Assembly (NCBI RefSeq): GCF_026571515.1
Contig: NW_026863680.1
Location: 62,001 to 126,000, forward strand
Direction of reading: 5' to 3'
From: Ruditapes philippinarum
Taxonomy: Eukaryota
Length of the DNA stretch: 64,000 nt
A program made the translations under genes and the position numbers. Below the pieces are notes generated by a model. The model was given only the letters and a program-made list of their open reading frames with translations. It was not told the origin of the DNA and made no database searches. Position 1 is the first letter of the stretch. Each line of letters starts with the position of its first letter. Positions 13,390-22,828 of this stretch are shown here, in pieces.

Positions 13390-14380
13390 ACGGGCTTACA
13401 TCAAAGCTCGCTCAAAACTGGGTTGCTCTTTGAAGCAGTTGATGACTGAACTCTCTACTGCTTATGGGCCTTCTTGTGTGTCTTATGACACAGTTAGGCG
13501 ATGGAAAAAGAAATTTTAGTCTGGTGTAGAATGCATCAAAAATGCACCAAAATCAGGTAGGCCAAAATCTGCATCTCGTAACAAAATCGTTTCCAAAATA
13601 AAGGATATCATTGAAGGAGATGCCAGATTTACAGTTCGTGATATTGCACGAGAGGTAGGCGTATCACTATCAACGGTTCACTTTATTTTGAAGAAGCATT
13701 TGAAAGTCAGAAAGATTTCTGCTAGATGGGTGCCACATCTGTTGACCGATGAGCAAAAGAGGCAACGGGTTAAGGTGGCCAAAAAGCTGCTTCAAATATT
13801 TCCAAAATATGACAAAAAACAGTTTGCCAATGTCGTCACAGGTAATGAAACTTGGGTCCATTATTTTGAGCCCGTCAGAAAAGTTAGCAACAAAATCTGG
13901 GCCACAAAAAAACGCCCAATAATTGCCAAATGGTCTTTGAGTGCAAAGAAGGTTTTGTATGCAATTTTCTTCTCTGGTGAAGGAGTCGCAATAAATGTGT
14001 CGGTGAAAAAGGGCAAAAGTATCACTGGGAAGTACTACAAAGACGTATTACTTACGAAACTGAAAAAGTATTATAAGAAACGACGCCCTGTCACTGGTTT
14101 TAAGCATATCCGTCTTCTACATGACAATGCCCCCGCTCATACCTCCGCAATAGTTTCGGCGTTTTTTTTCAGACATTGCTCCATGTGATTTCTTTTTGTT
14201 TCCGAAATTGAAATCCTTCCTTGCTGGGCGGAAGTACAAGTTCCGCCAGGCACTTGAATCTGCAATTCATCTGTACCTTATTACTGTGCACAAATCAGCG
14301 TACCGTGACGCCTTCAAGAAGTGGATACATCGGCTTAAATTTTGCATTTCTAGCCCCGGGGCGTACTTCGAGGGCATGAA
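13390..14380 (+). pseudogene. Mariner transposase pseudogene
   Basis: AYIKARSKLG...DTVRRWKKKF*SG...SGRP...ARWVPHLL...VTGNETW (D to N)...LLHDNAPAH, deletion/frameshift, DIAPCDFFLFPKLK...GAYFEGMK. Confidence 0.92.
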
Positions 14381-14604
14381 ATCAATAAAGTTTTTCACTA
14401 ATTTCACCGGGTCCTCACCATTTGATTCGGAAATACCAGATATAACGATATGGTTTTCTCTACTACGGGCCTCTTTGTCTATACTTTTGTATTCTAGTAA
14501 TCGAAGTCGTTGTTGCGTAACATCTAGCGTAGCGCTTCGAACATATAAATGTGATTCAATATTATCAATTCTATATTTTAAAAGTCACAAATTAGACATC
14601 CCTT
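14381..14604 (+). repeat. 224-bp direct duplication of 12621-12844 (LINE ORF1 segment)
   Basis: Line-by-line comparison shows 4 substitutions, no indels, offset 1760 bp. Confidence 0.97.
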
Positions 14605-16315
14605 TGAACACTTTTGAGCTAACTTAAAATTTGAAGTCACCAGATAGAAATAAGCAATACATTTCGAACATCCCTCGTTTGTACACGAGTGTCATTTCGC
14701 TAGTGGCTTTGTGAATGCAGCGGATAAGGAAAATAATTGTGTAGTGATATTTTAGATAGTTGTTTTTACAAATCATACAGTCCTAGTCGCTTTTCAATGA
14801 AAAACAAGTTCTGTGATGATATTTAAAACCGTAAATATCTGATCTGATAATATCTTCGGCATATTATGTGTAAAGTTGATATGATTTCGATGGGTTATAA
14901 ACGATGTCAGCGAAGGCGAAGGCGTTATTAAACAGTCATGAAATTGTCCATCATTTATTCTATAGAAGTCGTTTTCTCCTTTTATTACCAGACTCCAGAT
15001 TTCATAACTTCTCTGGCTGAATTAATATCCATGCGGCTCACTATAAGATCGTACAATACAGCATGCTTTTGATTATCTTTTCATATCAATCAGATTGATT
15101 TGAAGAAACAACTGTTTATTAAAAACTGACTCGGCACTTTTAAAGCATTTGTATAAAAGGTGTTCCCAAACAGATATTTATTTCCGAATTTATTGATTTC
15201 GCAAATAATTTCAGTCAAGTATAGCTTGATTGATATCTTCAATAAATAGGATATTACTGCAAAAATCTAAATAAAACAAGATAGCACTAACTTGTTTCGA
15301 TATTTTATGTTTCTCGGGTGAAAATAGTATAATCAAGGTTTTTAAATTACTTTTTTATAAAAAAAAATCACCTTAAAATAGCAATAATACCATGTCTTCA
15401 AATTCGAGATGATGTTACACTCTACATGCACACAAATGTAAAAGAGAATATCTTTCATTTGTTTATTAAATTACCCAATTCAAGATTTGAATATATTTTA
15501 ATTCTTATATTTTAAGAGGAATTGTATAGCATTGGTTTGTGATGACCGTGTTTGAATTAGTTTAAATTACCACCATAATGGCGTTCATATCTTTATTTTA
15601 ATATTGGAAAGGCTGTCTAACAAAAACGATTTGCTTTCGTATCATATGATATTATTGAGATGTAATTATTGATAAATATGTCAGCGCATCATTCGTAGAC
15701 ATTGATAAAAAGTGATATGTAACACGGGAAACTGTCATCAAATGATAAATTCGGAGAGAAGTTTCATATTTTCTTATCAGTTACCAAGACAAAATATTAA
15801 AAAACAAAGATCAACAAGCAATTGTGGCATTCCTAAAATAAACCAGCAATACAGATCCATCGGCAAGGAGCCTAGCAGTGTACTACACAAAAATAGTCTG
15901 TTTGTTCACTCTGGCGACTAAATACTCTAAATATGTTAATTCATGTACACCAATGTTGTTTTGAATTTTGAATTAAAACCTTAACATTGCCGAACAATAT
16001 AGATAAAAGTGCAGACAACCATTTAGTCGTGTCTTACCCTTAACTTGCTGGAACCGGAAGTGATTAGTTTTCGCTACCGGTATAGAGCATGGCCAGTTTG
16101 TGATGTTAAAAAGATAGAGTTAGAGATTGCTCATTTTTTCTATTTTATATTTAAATCCCCCAAGCTTCAAGTGGATTGTGTCAGTTTTAAAGCAGAGCAA
16201 ATTCAGCACTTTAAGGACATAATCGTTCCCTTCGATGTTCAAATACACAAACACACACGCATGCACGCACGCACGCAAAACAAATGACACTCACGAGACG
16301 GTATTAAATTTAATT

Positions 16316-16550
16316 GAGCCGCGCCACGACAAAACCAACATAATGGGTTTGCGACCAGCATGGATCCAGACCAGCCTGCGCATCCGCGCAGTCTGATCAG
16401 GATCCATGCTGTTCGCTATCAGCTTCTCTACTTATAATAGGGTTTGTAAACGAACAGCATGGATCATGATCAGACTGCGCGGGTGCGCAGGCTGGTCTGG
16501 ATCCATGCTGGTCACAAACCCATTATGTTGGTTTTGTCGTGACGCGGCTC
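16316..16550. mobile_element. Palindromic MITE (Sola-like: GAG termini, 4-bp AWWT TSD)
   Basis: GAGCCGCGCCACGACAAAACCAACATAATGGG...CCCATTATGTTGGTTTTGTCGTGACGCGGCTC, about 100-bp arms, AATT on both flanks. Confidence 0.88.
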
Positions 16551-17379
16551 AATTATTCTTACTTTGCTTTCTATGTATGAAATTTGTACCAGTAGGCAAG
16601 GAAATACATGAGTAGGAAAGGTCCGAAACATGTCGTGAGCTGTCTTGTTATTAACATTACATATAACAATACTTGATTGACAATTGCACAAATATACTGT
16701 TATTTTTTTTCCGTATTATATTCATTATTATATGAATTTTAGATATCGATTTTTATAACTACAAGCTGGAGAAGAAGGTTACAATCTATCTAGAACTTTT
16801 ATATCACTGTCACATGTGGCATTAACCTGTAAAAATAACCACTTAACTTAACGGTTTATTTTATTACGTTTGTGGACGGAATGAAACTCATTAACCATTG
16901 AATAATTCCAATTAAAATCTGACGGACAGAAGGACGGATGGACGGTAGGTCGATCGGTCGGACAATACCATTCAATTTTATAGGAGGGGATAATACAGAA
17001 TCATTTATGTTTAGTTTACATTTTTATAATGGTTTTGTACTAAATAGTACATTGTTTGAATCAGTACTTAATATGTATTTATAAATGAATTCATTTACAT
17101 ACGTCGTATCTGTTTTATAAAATAAACGAGCTTAAAATACATATATAACAGAATCAAAATAACTTAGGACCACAATATATTTTTTATCAAACTATTAGAT
17201 TTCAAAATAATTCCGATTTTCTGTCATCTACAATATAAAAATGAGTTTAACTAAGAAATCCAATTGCCTGTTATGTTGATATTTACATACTTATAAACGA
17301 AATATTGAGAAATATAGATGAAATAAAATGCTTATTTTCATTTTCCGTATTTTCACTGTAAACATTTAATTTTCACTGC

Positions 17380-17670
17380 AGTGAAACATATTTTCACTGG
17401 TGTCTTGTCGGACTACTTTCTTTTGAATTTTTCCAGTATAAAAAATTCAAGGGAAAAACTTTCAAATTGTATTTTTAAAAAGAGAAAACTATATATAATA
17501 AACAGAAAATTCAAGTTTTTTCTACAAATACATGATTTATTATCATCTTGTGGTATGAAAATTAACATATTTCACTCGTGGCTTCCGCCACTCATGAAAC
17601 ATTTATTTTCATACCACTTGATGAAAATAGATAATGTATTTATAGAAAAAAACTTGAATATCCTCTTTTT
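17380..17670. mobile_element. Hairpin-centred non-autonomous element remnant
   Basis: TGGTATGAAAA...TTTCACTCGTGGC-TTCC-GCCACTCATGAAA...TTTTCATACCA; related to 45660-46070. Confidence 0.5.
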
Positions 17671-17962
17671 ATTACTTTTCTTCCGATGGTTGGAAAATAT
17701 TTTATATTTTTCCTTTATGTTAAAGTTTTACAAATGCATTAAAAATTGTATAGCATTTCATACTTAAAGTTTAATGTTTCCGTAAAAAAAATTCTTATAT
17801 ATAAATAATGTATTGACATCTACAAGTGACTACATGTGCTGCGTGCAAAATATATTATAGAAAAATAAAGGTTAAAGATCGACAACTCAGTAAACAATAT
17901 ACAATGATAGCTCGAATGGTTACTGTTCTTTAATAATGACTGACTCGACGTTAATATTATTA

Positions 17963-18099
17963 GTTATAAAGATTGTTGACAGGTTATATGGCCCTATATA
18001 AACGGCTGTTTGTAAATATAACCCGAGCCGCTAGGCGAGGGTTATATTGCAAACAGCCGTTTATATACGGCCATATAACCTATCAACAATCTTTATAAC
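17963..18099. repeat. Near-perfect ~60-bp-arm hairpin, probably part of a non-autonomous DNA element
   Basis: GTTATAAAGATTGTTGACAGGTTATATGGCC...CCGAGCCGCTAGGCGAGG...GGCCATATAACCTATCAACAATCTTTATAAC. Confidence 0.8.
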
Positions 18100-19084
18100 G
18101 AAATTATAATACAGCAAACATCATTTTTTAGAGAAAAAAGTAAGATTTCTTCATGAATCGACAACAGCCTTGTATATAAAACTATATAAACGTCACAATT
18201 ATCCAATGAAAAGCGACGTTACAAACGTGCAGTATAATAAAGTATGTGTTATTAGAAAACTTATTTGTAACAATATAAGCCTAAATGATCATTTGTCCAA
18301 ATGATAATAATCATGATTGGTGTTGTTGGTTAAAAATAAGATTGATCGCAAATATCGGATATATGTAATTTGTCATATCATGATATTTATTTTTATATGC
18401 TTTACACTGCATAATAAAAAGACAGATACACGTATCTTATATTTCTATATATTTCTATATAACTCAACAATTTATTTTTCTGCAGTTAATGACTTTTATT
18501 TCCTAGTATCATTATAATAAAACGTCCTATTGGAATGTAAATAATACGCAGACTGTGACTATCAATTTATATACATTGTATATATAACAAGTGCCTTACT
18601 CGCCTTTGTTCTTGTGTAGTAGTTATATATGCTCTTTGTTTGCAAGCATAGCGTGAAGCCTGTTGTGCTTTTATTTCATTAAAAACAAAACCCTTTACGT
18701 TAATGTCAACATTCTATATATAAATGGTGTACGTCTTAAGAGTTATATTGGCATATGTTTTTTTCTTCTTCTTTTTTATATAATAATAAAGCAAAGTAGC
18801 CATAAATCGTGTAACATAAATAACTTTTTTACAAACTCTTTTTCTCATCTCGGCATTTAAGGCCTATGTGGATCATCACAGCTAGTGAACACATATTTAA
18901 TCTTTATTTGTGAACATTTAAAGGACGGAAAACGATACTTTCCACATCCATAAATCATTCTTGTATGGAATATTTAGTAAATTAACGGGATTAACAAAAT
19001 TGTTCAATAAGAACCCTTAATAAACAAATTCACGTGTTGTTTGGTATGGACATTGAGTAGTTACTACAGTTTACACAACCTACA

Positions 19085-19450
19085 ATGGAGAGTCGGATAC
19101 GAGAGTCGATACATGCATTTAAAGGCGAGTCGGCTTGGAGTCCTATGCCTGAGCACTTATTGTTCACACAGGTGGACAAGGAAAAGTCGCCGACGCCCAT
19201 CGCTACGGATGGGGAACAGATCTGTGAGGAATGTGGAATGAAGTTCAAATCCGAAGCGATGCTAACTTACCATAAAGTTGGTTTTTGTGTCGGTCCGTCG
19301 ACAGATGAACTCTTCCTGGATGAAATTCCAACAGAGTCATCAATTGTGCTTCCTGGTGAATCTAGAGATATACCAACCAATATGGCCAATGTAATACAAC
19401 ACAGTGCTAAAAATACCAAACTACAGTCTTCTAGCCGAGTTATCAAACAG
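19085..19450 (+). CDS. Exon 1 of DM9 gene (zinc finger)
   Basis: ATG at 19085, donor CAG|GTTTTA, 122 codons. Confidence 0.82.
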
Positions 19451-22400
19451 GTTTTAGTTTTGAAAGTTTTATAAATAGATATTTTTTCCATCTTTATTCG
19501 TGTTAGTATGTTATCTACTAAACAGTCGACAAAACACATCTTTACATCGTATAATCGTGCTTAAAACACGTTGATAAATAAACTAAATAGCACTGTCTCA
19601 TATTGAATAGCAAAATTATGTTTGTGCAAATAAGTTTTCTGACATTTCAGGAGCCGCCAAAGTTAGAATGGTGTATGTGCGCGCATGGTGCAGTTGCGCC
19701 GGCGGCAATTAAAGTAGGATACGATGATAGCGACCAGACATATACCTATTTATGTAAGTTTCTTAAGTTCATAATTCATAGAAAATATCATATCAATGTT
19801 GCTATAATTACAATCTGACAAGTGAGCGGGAATTTGTAAAACATGCATGTAGATAAAGTTAAAATAATCCAAATTCTCTTTTTACAATGTTTATGGTAAT
19901 TTGACCAAATATATTGTGGTGTTATGTGTTTTGGGTGATAGAACTTGTTTTGCAAGTTTGATTTTGTATGACAGTTATTTTTTTTTAGCTGATTTGGTTC
20001 TGGAATATAACATTTCTCAGTAACTCTGACCACTCCTTGTATTGCTTTCAAAGTGACAATATATTAGTTTATTTTCATTTATTTCTTCATAGAAATACTT
20101 GGTATTTTCTTTTCCATTATTTAATACATTAGATTTCTTCTATACTTAAAGTTACATTTAATAATTTCATAAAAAACTAAATAGCGACATTTCATTAATA
20201 AATTAGGTTTTATATCGACTCCAGATCTTATTTTGGTGTCCAAGCAATCAAAATGAGTTTTATTAGCATAAAAATAGGTAACCTCATTGTGGCGAAATGG
20301 TTAGTACAATTTCTGTTTGCATGAGAAACCCCGCCTTCGGATCATCCGTACATCAATATTAAATCAACAAACATGACTATAATTGGCAGTCCTAATTTAA
20401 CGGTATATTTCCGCATTGTAACGGATGTTTTCATACAAATTTAATCTTTTTACGAGATGATTACTTTTACTGAACCCCAGGTTTAGTGCACCGTGAAGCT
20501 TTAACGGTTAAAGTGTGTTTGCACAAGAAAATATCACATTTGCTGTGTTCCGGATAGCAACTATAAAACTGTGACGCAGCGCATACACGAGCTCAGGGGC
20601 CTCCGTGGCCGAGTGGTCAAAGTCGCTGACTTGAGATCACAGGTCCCTCACCACTGTAGGTTCGATCCTCACTCGGGTCAAAATCTTTCATGTGAGGAAG
20701 CCATCCAGCTGGCTTACGGAAGGTCGGTGGTTCTACCCAGGTGCCCGCTCGTGCCTGAAATAATGCCCGGAGGGGCACCTGGGGTCTTCCTCCACCAATA
20801 AAGCTGGAAAAAAATCGACGAAAAATCTCGGCGGGACGCTCTAGGATGACCCGACTTGAGTGTACGGTCGCCCATATGGGCTTTCCGGCGGCGACCTTAA
20901 ATAAACGCATTAAAAAAAAAAAAAAAAAAAATACACGAGCTCATTATAGTCTTCATTTGCATGTTAAAATTCGTATACGAACTTTAGTGTTACCTTGGGC
21001 TTTCCCGTTTAAAATCCTAATTTATGAACAATATTTGATGAGATTTACAACAAAACTTTTAAACAGGTTAATGAAACTGTAGAATGTTTGATTTTAAGGC
21101 CGACGGAAAAATATTTTTACTTTTTCATTTAATGTAACTTTAAAGCCTGGTATGTATATATCTATTTATTTGTGAACTTGTTTTTATTGTAATTTGAGTT
21201 GTTAATTGTGTAATATGTTGTATTATGTATTTTGTGAAATGTATTTGTCTTGTAAAATATTTTTGTAATGTGATGTCTTATTGTTGTTTTATTTTATAAC
21301 AGGTTTATTCTTTATTGAATAAATATATATTTTAACCTGATTGACTGTTGTTCTACCAAAACCCAACCACTACATGCATAAAATTATTTGTTTGAATTGT
21401 AAAATATAACTCTGTGTATTTTATTTAATTTACCGACAACTAAATATCAAGTATTTCATTCAGGTGTAGCTCAGGTTGGAGAGGAGGTTATTCCAGGTAC
21501 AGTTCTGCCACCAAGGAAACATGCTACTGTACTATTTAGAGGTGCTGAAATCAAAGCTACAGATTACAGTGTTTTAACAGATCTAGGAGGGTTAGCAACA
21601 TGGAAACGCTGCGACACAGCAGGAAGCATACCACGTGGTGCCGTCAGGGGAGGATATGATTCTGATGAATTGCAGTATTTCATTGGAAGAGGAAAAGCTC
21701 CAGATGGTAACTGGTGTTGTGGGCAATACCTACCACATAAACAGCAGTGTTGTTTCGCTTGGGAAGGGAATGAATATAAGACAAAAGAATTTGAAATTTT
21801 GTGTAAAACTACTCCAAAACAGTACTTTAGCAAAGCAGAGATAAACGTTAAGAAGTCAACTGATACAACTATAGCCAAACCTAGGCAGACGACAGTTAAT
21901 ATACCTACAGATATCGAACAAGATAAAACTTTAACTCATGATTTTACAAGGAAGCAAAAATCCTCAACACAGATTTCAATGCATACAGACAGCGTTAACA
22001 ATATAAATGAACATGACACCTCGGTTATTCTGGAAACTGGACGCCTTACAAATAGGAACGAATCTGCTAAAAATCCAAAGCGACAGGATACTGGTATCTT
22101 AAGTCTCGGAAAACCTAGACAGAAAAGGTCATCTGAAATGGTTAAATCTGGAACAGAAGTTAAATCACAAGGAAAGATCACGCCCACCTATTCAAAAGAA
22201 AATATCTCAAAAGAAAACAGTAGAATTGTTACTCCGAGAGAACTAACGAAGTCTCGCGCTTCAACAAGAAACGATCACTCAAAAGATAAAAGTAAAAATT
22301 TTAACACGCGAGAACTGACAAAGCCTGGTGCTCTAAAAGAACAGACAGTTTCGAAAGAAAATAGTAAAATTGTAAATCAGCGAGAATTAACTAAAACTAG

Positions 22401-22749
22401 CGTTTCAAAAGAGCAAGTATCCAAAGAAAAGAGTAAGATAGTAAGTCAGAGAGAATTAACCACGTCTGGTGCTTCAAAAGAACAGGTGTCAAATGTAAAA
22501 GAAAAGAGTAAAATCGTTAATAAAAAAGAATTAACAATACCTGTTGTCCCAAAAGAACAGCTATCCAAAGAGAAAAGTAAAGTTGTCAGTCAGAGAGAAT
22601 TAACCACGCCACGTACTTCAAATGGAAACAGTGAGATAGTTAATAAACGAGAATTAACCAAATCAGGAACAATAGTAGATTCTAAGGACACAGACCAAAA
22701 CAGACCAAACACCGGAAATGTTACAGGCAACACTAATTTACAGTTTTAA
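19085..22749 (+). CDS. 3-exon gene: C2HC (CCDC17-like) zinc finger + two DM9 (DUF3421) repeats + basic tandem-repeat tail, 584 aa
   Basis: Exons 19085-19450, 19651-19753 and 21464-22749 (phases 0 and 1, GT/AG, 1755 nt). Finger CEECGMKFKSEAMLTYHKVGFCVG. DM9-1 LEWCMCAHGAVAPAAIKVGYDDSDQTYTYLCVAQVGEEVIPGTVLPPRKHATVLFRGAEIKATDYSVLT. DM9-2 ATWKRCDTAGSIPRGAVRGGYDSDELQYFIGRGKAPDGNWCCGQYLPHKQQCCFAWEGNEYKTKEFEILC. AATAAA at about 22803 and 22823. Confidence 0.88.
19651..19753 (+). CDS. Exon 2 of DM9 gene
   Basis: tttcag|EPPKLEWCMCAHGAVAPAAIKVGYDDSDQTYTYL|gtaagt. Confidence 0.88.
20596..20930 (+). mobile_element. tRNA-derived V-domain SINE, young full-length copy in intron 2 of the DM9 gene
   Basis: A box TGGCCGAGTGG, B box GGTTCGATCC, V-type core GAAGCCATCCAGCTGGCTTACGGAAGGTCGGTGGTTCTACCCAGGTGCCCG...CTTCCTCCACCA, pure poly-A, perfect 13-bp TSD ATACACGAGCTCA (20583-20595 / 20931-20943). 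Confidence 0.93.
21464..22749 (+). CDS. Exon 3 of DM9 gene
   Basis: ttcag acceptor; in frame with ORF 21670-22749; DM9 repeats plus RELT repeats. Confidence 0.9.
22193..22662 (+). repeat. Coding tandem repeat: seven ~23-25 aa units, consensus SKE.VSKEKSKIVxxRELT
   Basis: SRIVTPRELT, SKNFNTRELT, SKIVNQRELT, SKIVSQRELT, SKIVNKKELT, SKVVSQRELT, SEIVNKRELT. Confidence 0.85.
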
Positions 22750-22802
22750 AGAACAGAATCGTAAGACAGTGACACGTTTAAATTGCTCAATTTATTACAT
22801 CT

Positions 22803-22828
22803 AATAAATGTATACATCTTCTAATAAA
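22803..22828 (+). terminator. Polyadenylation signals of DM9 gene
   Basis: Two AATAAA hexamers about 55-80 nt after the stop. Confidence 0.5.

Larger units (their letters stand above)
10728..14677 (+). mobile_element. Mariner (Tc1/mariner) transposon, dead, left TIR split by a LINE
   Basis: TA at 10726-10727 then CGAGGGTTGCTCAAAAAGAATTGCT|[LINE]|TATTGTCTTATCTCGTGA; right TIR reverse complement CGAGGGATGTTCGAAATGTATTGCTTATTTCTATCTGGTGA (ends 14677); transposase about 13390-14380. Confidence 0.9.

Noticed and set aside
14196-14627. 143-aa ORF as a genuine gene
   Set aside because: A chimera of the transposase C-terminus and an antisense LINE duplication.
20596-20675. tRNA gene
   Set aside because: It is the tRNA-derived head of a SINE with TSD and poly-A.
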